Shown: positions 9,523-16,912 of the stretch, piece after piece | How positions within the stretch are numbered: the stretch's first letter is position 1 | Layout: each line of letters starts with the position of its first letter | NCBI GenBank assembly: GCA_964516875.1 | Contig: CAZFAO010000005.1 | Location: 3,588-67,587 of the forward strand | DNA length: 64,000 nt | From: an uncultured Burkholderiales bacterium | GTDB taxonomy: Bacteria > Actinomycetota > Acidimicrobiia > IMCC26256 > JAGPDB01 | Reading direction: 5' to 3' | Made by a program: the position numbers and the translations under genes | Notes under the pieces: model-generated | Databases searched by the model: none | Told to the model about the DNA's origin: nothing | Seen by the model: the letters and a program-made list of their open reading frames with translations, nothing else

Positions 9523-10002
9523 ATGACAACTGCACCGAATCCTACTTTGTCGCTTTCTACCATCGACGGAACTACACGCACACTTGATGACTGGACCACA
9601 GTATTTAGAAACTTATGGGTCGTTCTTCCGTCAAAAGCTGAAGCGACAGAATTTATCCCCGTTGCTGAACAAATTTTTAAGACTTTTGGGGATTCAGCTG
9701 CGCGATGTGCGTACCTCATTCCTGGTAACGAAAATGTCGCAAAGAAAATTTTGGAAAATACGACGCAGAAAACCCAGTGCTTTGTTGATCCAGATTTCAC
9801 AGTGTGCGATGCGCTGGGCATAACGTATGCTCCAAGTTTGGTGTACATTCGACAAGACACCTCGGTAACTCATATTGCGCAAGGGTTTGATCTTGGACAG
9901 TGGAAGAAGACAGTCGAGGACATTGCACAATCTCTTCGATGGATAGCTCCACAACTCGACAACTTCAAAAATATTAAGAGTCAGTCCTACCCTATTAAAT
10001 AG
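9523..10002 (+). CDS. Hypothetical protein, possibly thioredoxin-fold without CxxC
   Basis: 159-aa ORF in a gene-sized gap. There is only a weak redoxin-like pattern (WVVLP ... DPDFTV ... PSLVYI), so function is not established. Confidence 0.35.
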   Translation: MTTAPNPTLSLSTIDGTTRTLDDWTTVFRNLWVVLPSKAEATEFIPVAEQIFKTFGDSAARCAYLIPGNENVAKKILENTTQKTQCFVDPDFTVCDALGITYAPSLVYIRQDTSVTHIAQGFDLGQWKKTVEDIAQSLRWIAPQLDNFKNIKSQSYPIK

Positions 10003-10003
10003 A

Positions 10004-10068
10004 AGGTCCGTCCTTCCTTTTCGGACAAAAGGTGCTGTACCTTTTGCGCAGAAAGGAAGGACGGACCT
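10004..10068. terminator. Nested stem-loop between convergent genes
   Basis: Perfect 17-bp outer stem AGGTCCGTCCTTCCTTT (10004-10020) / AAAGGAAGGACGGACCT (10052-10068). It encloses a 7-bp inner hairpin CAAAAGG...CCTTTTG (10026-10046) and starts 2 nt after the stop at 10002. Confidence 0.5.
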
Positions 10069-10174
10069 CCAGAAAATGCGCCGTGAGATGATCACACCCT
10101 CAAGAGAGGAACATCACACGACGCAACCTGGGCGACCACTCGATGCACGCGCATCAAGCAATCGCGATCTTAAA

Positions 10175-11485
10175 TTATCGATATGCTCCCGCATTGCGTG
10201 AACATACTGGCCATTGACCCCATCCACTTCGTGCTTGAAGTCGACGAGCGGCATCGTCTTGAACTTCCGGTGGAGCCAAGTCGGCACGTTCGTATCCGGT
10301 GTTCATGGAGTTCCATGTTCCCGCGCTGAACTGGTACGCACCGTAGTAACCGTTTCCTGTGTTGGTCGCATAGTTACCGTGAGATTCACAGTTACGCAAG
10401 CGCGCCCACACATCGGCATTATCTGCGTTATTCGATACTTCAACAGCAGGGACAACCGCACCGGATGCGGCAGGTTTTTTAGCAACCGGAGCAGGGGGTT
10501 TTGGTTGCGCTTTCCCGTTTGCGATCCAGTATCCATCGCCACTGACGTGGATGGCAAGGTCGACAGAAGGAGCACCGTCAATTGTTGGCTCTGCAGCAGT
10601 TCCGAATGAAACAGCATCACCATAAGGGAAGATAGAACCGCTATCGGTCAAGATCCAATATCCATCGGCTGTATCTGTCATTGCAATTGCAGTTGTTGAT
10701 ACTTGAGTTTGTCCAGCAGAAATTGCACCATGGAATGTTGCATCACCGAATGCAAAAACAGCACCCTTGGATGACAACATGACATAACCTTTTCCTGTTG
10801 GTGAAACTTGTGCGTCAATAATTTTGTCTCCGCCAAGTTGTCCTGTTGCAGTTCCATAAGAATCTGCATCACCAAAAGTTGTTACACCACCGTCGGCACC
10901 AACCATTGTGTAACCTTCTCCATCTTTTGAAGGAAGAAGTGCTGAGTACGTTGCACCAAAAATTCCTTGCATTTCTGCTGTACCCAAAAATTGTGCATCG
11001 CCATAGGTATAAATATTTCCTTGGCTTGTCATCAACCAGTAACCGTTACCTGTGTGTGTGCTGACAATGTCGACAACATTGTTGACGTGGTCAGCAGGAA
11101 TTTCACCGAAGTCCTGTGCTGTTCCATAGGGAAAAACTTGACCACGTTTTGTGGCGATCCAGTAACCAGCACTTTTCTTATTCGCTGAAATCGCAACTAC
11201 TTCGTCGTTGCGTGCGACCTCTGGGTTAGCAAACGCAGTTGCTTTACCAAAGCTGTTGACCGATGCCGGGGCGTGTGCTTCTGCCCGGGAGCGGACAGCA
11301 ACAGCGAGACCAGCTGAGGCGATCACAGCAACAATGAGCAGTCCGCCCAGAGCTGAATTGACTTGAGATGTAAGGGAAGAGAGGCGGGATGTACGTCGAG
11401 ACGCAGATCCCACAGGTTTAAGCCTGTGAGGTAAATACGGGTTCCGTTGAGGTTGTGTTATAACGCCTTCGGTTGTTACGTACAT
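10175..11485 (-). CDS. Membrane-anchored resuscitation-promoting-factor (Rpf) protein with N-terminal propeller-like repeat array
   Basis: C-terminal Rpf transglycosylase-like domain (WARLRNCESHGNYATNTGNGYYGAYQFSAGTWN...GWGQWPVC). One TM (LLIVAVIASAGLAVAV). There are 5.5 repeats of the type GYW..x..G.(F/Y).(F/Y)GDA.F.G. ATG 11485 is preferred (GAAAGG SD 7 nt upstream) over the track start at 11518. Confidence 0.8.
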   Translation of the reverse strand: MYVTTEGVITQPQRNPYLPHRLKPVGSASRRTSRLSSLTSQVNSALGGLLIVAVIASAGLAVAVRSRAEAHAPASVNSFGKATAFANPEVARNDEVVAISANKKSAGYWIATKRGQVFPYGTAQDFGEIPADHVNNVVDIVSTHTGNGYWLMTSQGNIYTYGDAQFLGTAEMQGIFGATYSALLPSKDGEGYTMVGADGGVTTFGDADSYGTATGQLGGDKIIDAQVSPTGKGYVMLSSKGAVFAFGDATFHGAISAGQTQVSTTAIAMTDTADGYWILTDSGSIFPYGDAVSFGTAAEPTIDGAPSVDLAIHVSGDGYWIANGKAQPKPPAPVAKKPAASGAVVPAVEVSNNADNADVWARLRNCESHGNYATNTGNGYYGAYQFSAGTWNSMNTGYERADLAPPEVQDDAARRLQARSGWGQWPVCSRNAGAYR

Positions 11486-11931
11486 GTGTGTGCCTTTCGT
11501 TGTTCCGAGCGCGCGCATGCAGACATAGGCATGCCCGAGTTCGGAGGAAGTGGTATGTCAGCTGCAGTAAGTGGCAGCGGGTCTTACTTGTCACCGTAAG
11601 CGGGCCCAGTTCCCCTCAACTGAAAGCTCACCGCACACGGGCTTGTGTACAAATAGGACAATGAAGAAGCTAACATCGACCTGGAAGATAAATCAAGCCT
11701 GGCAGTGTACCAAAATGTCCATATATCTGGCGGAATGTCTACCCTGTTTGCAATAAAATGCACGTCCTGCCAGGGAATATACAATTTCATGAATAATCTG
11801 CATTTCATGAAGTTTTAGCAAGTTATCACAGGATAGGGCGATATTACATACGTGTAATCTGGCTATAAATACGATTCTATGCAGTCTCATCCATCGAAAA
11901 AGTCCCTCTGAAAATCGAAATGTGGGCAACC

Positions 11932-11965
11932 AAAAGCCCGGAGTCAGGAGGAACTCCGGGCTTTT
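11932..11965 (-). terminator. Rho-independent terminator after the DUF3494 gene
   Basis: Stem AAAAGCCCGGAGT/ACTCCGGGCTTTT with an 8-nt loop, 18 nt downstream of the stop at 11984. The minus strand reads GCCCGGAG...CTCCGGGC followed by UUUU. Confidence 0.6.
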
Positions 11966-11983
11966 GTGATTTACCAATAACTT

Positions 11984-13057
11984 TTAGAGTTGTTGGTCAG
12001 TTACAGCATGACGTCTACGGTAAACGGTTGCCGCTGTTGCCCAGCCGATCCCGAGCAATGCAAGCGCGATAGGGATAATCGTTTCTGCATTCCGTCCGGT
12101 ATAGGCCAAGAGACCTGATGCACTTGTCTTTGATCGATCATCTGATGCAGAAGATCCCATTACAATTGCGTCGGCCGCTTGTTCATCGGTTATCGGTTGT
12201 GTTGTTGATGTTTCAGTAGCAAGCACGCCACCTGGATCTACAACATCTGACACCGCTTGCGGAGCGGCGGGAACATCAATAGCAGGTGTGGGGACAGTCG
12301 CACCGATGGATGCAGCGCTATTGATTGTGTTGCCATTGAGTTCAACGCCTGCTCCACACGAGAGCAATGATCCACGGATGGAAGCACCCGTGTTTGCCAC
12401 GATTGATGCATGAGCAAACAATCGTCCGGCAAATCGGGCAGCAACACCGATGTCGGCATTACCTCCCACCTGCCAGAAAACGTTGTTCGAGTTTGCACCA
12501 TTGATAAGTTTGATGACTGCGTTTGCACCAACATTGAGATTTGCATTTGCTTTCAATATAAAGATTGCGTTGGAATCACCTTGTGCATCAAGCGTCAACA
12601 CTCCGTTAACACGAAGTACGTCTGCGACATAAACACCAGCAAATAATGTTGTGCCGCCGAGTTCAGCGTTGAGTGTTGCATTGATTGGACGAGCAGATAG
12701 ATGTGCATAGATTGCATCGCAATCTGCTTTGACTTGTGTAGTCGTTGAGTTGCCTAAGTTCACAAGACCATTGAGAGATATTCCCACGGGAAGAACTAGG
12801 CCGAGAAGTGAAGTAGACGTATGAACGTCAACATCACCACTGATTGTTGAGGTGCCATTATTGATGAGACCTATGTTGGCGAATACAGATACATTTGCTA
12901 CGTGCCCAAGAGGAACGCTATTTTCTGCATAGGCAGGTTTTTCGCTCAGTCCAAATCCTAAAAAAGCAATCAGGACAATGAGGGTTGTTGCTAATAATTG
13001 AGAGGCCCAAGAAGTCGAGAATGGCTTGGCGGGTGTCGCTTGGATTAAAGAATTCAT
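11984..13057 (-). CDS. DUF3494 ice-binding-like (IBP) family surface protein with LAxTG sortase signal
   Basis: GGTTLFAGVY, LTLDAQGDSNAIFILKA and NNVFWQVGGNADIG blocks are typical of DUF3494 beta-solenoids. N-terminal signal/TM. C-terminal LAYTG plus a hydrophobic stretch plus RRRH. ATG 13057 has GAAGGTGA upstream; the track start at 13180 was not used. Confidence 0.8.
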   Translation of the reverse strand: MNSLIQATPAKPFSTSWASQLLATTLIVLIAFLGFGLSEKPAYAENSVPLGHVANVSVFANIGLINNGTSTISGDVDVHTSTSLLGLVLPVGISLNGLVNLGNSTTTQVKADCDAIYAHLSARPINATLNAELGGTTLFAGVYVADVLRVNGVLTLDAQGDSNAIFILKANANLNVGANAVIKLINGANSNNVFWQVGGNADIGVAARFAGRLFAHASIVANTGASIRGSLLSCGAGVELNGNTINSAASIGATVPTPAIDVPAAPQAVSDVVDPGGVLATETSTTQPITDEQAADAIVMGSSASDDRSKTSASGLLAYTGRNAETIIPIALALLGIGWATAATVYRRRHAVTDQQL

Positions 13058-13216
13058 TTCTCTTTCACCTTCGATTCTGGAAGTTATTCCACATAATGCA
13101 TCGCCATAAGGAAAAAATAACCGTGTACAAAATCTCACAGAAAACGAAGTACTTTTCGTAGTGTTGATGGAGTTCGTCACGAGACATGGACGAAGAAACT
13201 CTCAGGAAATTCAGCA

Positions 13217-13247
13217 GAGATCCTTCGGACTACGTCCTCTGGATGAC
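13217..13247 (-). repeat. Dispersed repeat, long unit (locus A)
   Basis: Minus strand reads GTCATCCAGAGGACGTAGTCCGAAGGATCTC. It belongs to the same family as the units at 24389-24481, 27463-27549 and 45232-45289. Confidence 0.7.
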
Positions 13248-13385
13248 AAGCGAGAAGCCTCCTTGGCGTTTGAACGCCCTCCGGAGGAGAATGTCTCACT
13301 CTTCGCGTGATGATTTATTATGCATTTGCAGCGAATGAGGAGACTACAGGCTCCGAGTGTTTTGGCATGGATGCCAAACGCGAAA

Positions 13386-13408
13386 CCGCATAATAAATCA
13401 TTATGCGG
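13386..13408 (-). terminator. Hairpin immediately downstream of tRNA-Leu
   Basis: CCGCATAAT / ATTATGCGG 9-bp stem with a 5-nt loop, 4 nt after the tRNA 3' end. On the minus strand it is followed by TTTCGCGTTT. Confidence 0.5.
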
Positions 13409-13412
13409 AGAG

Positions 13413-13496
13413 TGCCCAAGAGGGGACTTGAACCCCTACGCCCTTTCGGGCAAGCGGTTTTAAGCCGCTCGCGTCTGCCTATTCCGCCACTCGGGC
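13413..13496 (-). tRNA. tRNA-Leu (anticodon UAA)
   Basis: Manual fold: acceptor GCCCGAG/CTTGGGC plus discriminator A, anticodon stem AGCGG/CCGCT with loop CUUAAAA, long variable arm, and T-arm AGGGG-TTCAAGT-CCCCT. CCA is not encoded. Confidence 0.9.
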
Positions 13497-13560
13497 AACG
13501 GGTAGGTCACCATGTTATTACCTCGAGAACCACAAACATGAAACACTAAGATCTTTGACC

Positions 13561-15048
13561 ATGGCCAAGCAGACATTACCCACACAAGCTGACGACTTTC
13601 CCGCATGGTATCAAGCCGTCATTCGTGACGCTCAGATGGCAGAAAACGGTCTCGCCAAAGGCTCTATGGTCATCAAGCCGTGGGGTTATGCGATATGGGA
13701 ACACATCCAGCGCGCTGTTGACGATCGCATTAAAGCAACGGGTCACGAGAATGTCTACTTCCCCGCTCTTATTCCTGAATCTCTCCTCGAGCGCGAAAAA
13801 GAAACTGTTGAAGGTTTCGCGCCTGAAGTCATTGTTGCCACTCATTCGGGCGGAAAGAAAATGGAAGACGCACTCATTTTGCGCCCAACATCGGAAACTG
13901 TCATTTGGGATACGTACTCACGATGGATTCAAAGTTATCGCGACCTTCCTCTGCTCTATAACCAGTGGGCAAATGTTTTCCGTGCCGAGATGCGTTCACG
14001 GCTTTTCCTTCGTACGTCTGAATTTTTATGGCAAGAAGGACACACTGCTCACGAAACGGCTAAAGATGCAACACAAGAAACACTCACCATCATGCGCGAT
14101 GTGTACATCGATGTCATCAAAAACATTTTAAAGATTCCTGGCATCGTGGGTCGCAAGAGCGAGAGCGAACGTTTCCCTGGAGCTGTTGAAACAATCACGT
14201 ACGAAACCATGATGCGCGACAAAAAAGCATTGCAATCATGCACCTCTCACTATCTTGGACAACTTTTCGCACAAACATACGGAGTTCAATTCCAAACGCG
14301 CGACGGCGGCCTTGATTATGCGTATGCCACAAGTTGGGGAATTTCCACACGCATCGTCGGTGGACTCATCATGGCCCACGGTGACGATCAAGGACTTCGC
14401 CTTCCCAGCGGTGTTGCGCCCAAACAAGTTGTCATTGTCCCTATTTATCGCAACGATGATGAGATGGGCGCCGTCATCGAAAAAGCTCACGCAATCGCTG
14501 CTGATCTCACATCTTCGGGGGTACGCGTCAAGGTCGATGACCGAGACGAATATCGTCCAGGATATAAGTTCGCCGAGTGGGAGCTCAAAGGTGTTCCCCT
14601 TCGTATTGAACTTGGTCCTCGAGATTTAGAATCGCAATCGGTTCTCGTGTCATCGCGACTCGGCGGTGAAAAACAAACTGTTGCTTTCGACAAAATCACA
14701 AGTTTTGTCGCAACCGGACTTGCTGATTATGACGATGGACTTTTCGATCAAGCTCACGAGTTCCAACAAGCAAATATTTATCGTCCCACTAGCTATGACG
14801 ACATGAAAGAATTCCTCAGCGCTGCAAACGGTTTTGCCATTGCTCCCTGGAACGGAAAAGCTGATTCAGAAGCACAGGTCAAAGCGGATACCAAAGCAAC
14901 TATTCGTTGTCTCCCCATGACCGATGAAGAACTCACCGCTGGAATTGAATCTGGTGAATTTTCAGGCGCACATGATGTGTCATCCGAAAAATGTATCATC
15001 ACAGGAGAACCTGCAACCGAGATGGCAGTCTTTTCTCAAGCGTATTAA
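13561..15048 (+). CDS. proS: Prolyl-tRNA synthetase (short archaeal/eukaryote-like type)
   Basis: Blocks LRPTSETVIW and WANVFRAEMRSRLFLRTSEFLWQEGHTAH, a class II core, an anticodon-binding domain and a C-terminal Zn-like domain. The start is ATG 13561, or TTG 13555. Confidence 0.92.
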   Translation: MAKQTLPTQADDFPAWYQAVIRDAQMAENGLAKGSMVIKPWGYAIWEHIQRAVDDRIKATGHENVYFPALIPESLLEREKETVEGFAPEVIVATHSGGKKMEDALILRPTSETVIWDTYSRWIQSYRDLPLLYNQWANVFRAEMRSRLFLRTSEFLWQEGHTAHETAKDATQETLTIMRDVYIDVIKNILKIPGIVGRKSESERFPGAVETITYETMMRDKKALQSCTSHYLGQLFAQTYGVQFQTRDGGLDYAYATSWGISTRIVGGLIMAHGDDQGLRLPSGVAPKQVVIVPIYRNDDEMGAVIEKAHAIAADLTSSGVRVKVDDRDEYRPGYKFAEWELKGVPLRIELGPRDLESQSVLVSSRLGGEKQTVAFDKITSFVATGLADYDDGLFDQAHEFQQANIYRPTSYDDMKEFLSAANGFAIAPWNGKADSEAQVKADTKATIRCLPMTDEELTAGIESGEFSGAHDVSSEKCIITGEPATEMAVFSQAY

Positions 15049-15057
15049 CGCCTACGT

Positions 15058-16818
15058 CTACTTGTCGATGTGATACGCGGCTCGGCTGCCGTCCTCGCTG
15101 ACGATAGGATCACCAAACCAGAGGACGAGCTGCTTTTCAAAAGCTGCTCCGCGGTCTACATACGCGTTTCTGCTGACTTCAATGACAGAGAAATTTCTTC
15201 GTCTCAGTTCCTCGACTTCTTCTTTGGTCAAAATTCCGTCAGCGGCAATACTTTGTTGGAAGCCGTCGTCTCGACCGACCATTGCACCGAAACTAAATCT
15301 CAAATTCGTATCGCACAGCACCAACATGCCTTGTTCGTATGGCGCGAGATCATAGATCGGAGGAGATTCCGGGAAAGAAATGAAGGGGAATTGAAAGACG
15401 CCATCATGTTTAAGGTCTTGTGATTCAACCTTTTTGATGTATCGACAATCTTGCTCAAATCGCTCGGATATTCCCTTGTTGTTCACGCCATCATTAGGCG
15501 AGGTCTGATCCCAGAGGGCAAAGAGGAAAACAAAAATGAGAATTGCATAACTCAACCATTTCCCGTACGGCTTTGGCTCGAGCTTTTTTTGCAACTTTTC
15601 AAACACAAACCCGCATGCGAGGAGACCAATAAACGCAAAAATAATAACGACGCGGTTCCATGAACGTATTTCAGTGAGGCCCACTAACGAAACGAGTGTT
15701 GTAAAACCACTTGACACCGTAAAGATCATCAGGATCGCAGAAAGAATCACGAAGAATTTAAACTCGGGAATGATTGTTCGCGATGTGATTGCACAATACA
15801 GCGCATACAACAACACACCGAAAAATCCAATGGATATAAGAATTCCGAGCGACTGTCCATTTTCAGAAGTGATTCCCATCCCTTGAACAAAACTTCCGAC
15901 TTTTGCAAATAATTCAATGCGATGATCGCTACGTGGCATGACCATATTGACAATCTGCAAGCCAAACGTTTCCGAATCAGCTTTCGATCGCTGCATGATG
16001 TGATCGTTCCGACCTTTATCAAGTGCGAGAATAATTGTCGGTAGAAGGTTGAATATAAAAACAGCTCCAATACCAACAATGAGTGCAAATGTTTGTTTAA
16101 CAGCGGGCCATTTTTTATTGAGAGCACAGTACACACACGCGATAAGAAGCATGAGACACGAAAAAACTGCATGATAAGCAGACATCGAACCTGCAACAAT
16201 CGCGAGAATAATAAATCGTGGTTTTGTTAATTTGTATCCGCCGTTGGTTTGAAAATAACAGTAGACAAGAACGATAGGAATGACTGCATACATCGAAAGA
16301 AGCAAGTGATTAACATTCCTAAAGAAGTGATACGGCAAAAATGCGTACAGTGTTGCAACAACAAATGCAGTGGATCGCGCTAGTCCCCACCATTTAGCTG
16401 CCCCGTAGGCCGACATCGCAACAATAGAAAAGCCAAGCACGTACCAGACGTTGACGCTTTGCGTTGCCGACATGAAATAGCTGAGAATTTTCATGGCGAC
16501 CCATTGAAGATTGTCTCCACTTTCGGGTACGTCAAAATACGTCATCTTCTTGGGTGCACCGAGTTGGGAATACGAGTTAATCCATCCCGTCTTTTCTATT
16601 CCACGAACAATGATGGGATTCCAGTCGGCATCTCCACCACGACGAAAAGGAGCAGAAAACTCAGTAAGCCAGAGTTGTAATACGACATAGGCAACGAGAA
16701 AATTAAAAAAACCAACGCCGATATATTCAGCTATCGACTTCCATGGAAAAACAAAAGAAAATTTCTTTTTGGATTGTTCGGGCTTTTCGTCAGCGGATGT
16801 CACATCAGATTTTGCCAT
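15058..16818 (-). CDS. Large polytopic membrane protein, possible GT-C-type glycosyl/phosphoglycerol transferase
   Basis: 586 aa with ~12 TM helices followed by a ~130-aa soluble C-terminal domain. No catalytic motif was identified; the call comes from architecture only. Confidence 0.45.
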   Translation of the reverse strand: MAKSDVTSADEKPEQSKKKFSFVFPWKSIAEYIGVGFFNFLVAYVVLQLWLTEFSAPFRRGGDADWNPIIVRGIEKTGWINSYSQLGAPKKMTYFDVPESGDNLQWVAMKILSYFMSATQSVNVWYVLGFSIVAMSAYGAAKWWGLARSTAFVVATLYAFLPYHFFRNVNHLLLSMYAVIPIVLVYCYFQTNGGYKLTKPRFIILAIVAGSMSAYHAVFSCLMLLIACVYCALNKKWPAVKQTFALIVGIGAVFIFNLLPTIILALDKGRNDHIMQRSKADSETFGLQIVNMVMPRSDHRIELFAKVGSFVQGMGITSENGQSLGILISIGFFGVLLYALYCAITSRTIIPEFKFFVILSAILMIFTVSSGFTTLVSLVGLTEIRSWNRVVIIFAFIGLLACGFVFEKLQKKLEPKPYGKWLSYAILIFVFLFALWDQTSPNDGVNNKGISERFEQDCRYIKKVESQDLKHDGVFQFPFISFPESPPIYDLAPYEQGMLVLCDTNLRFSFGAMVGRDDGFQQSIAADGILTKEEVEELRRRNFSVIEVSRNAYVDRGAAFEKQLVLWFGDPIVSEDGSRAAYHIDK

Positions 16819-16912
16819 GGATTTTTCCTTATTTTCAGTTCGATAAGAACGATCAGTCTACTGAGATAGCTCTTGTGCGCGAAGGTTTTACAAGGACTCC
16901 CGTGACGCTTTA

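Noticed and set aside
13413-13496. Integrative element at tRNA-Leu (and likewise at tRNA-Gln 55978-56049)
   Set aside because: I could find no integrase, excisionase, phage or conjugation genes and no duplicated tRNA 3' segment in the flanks.
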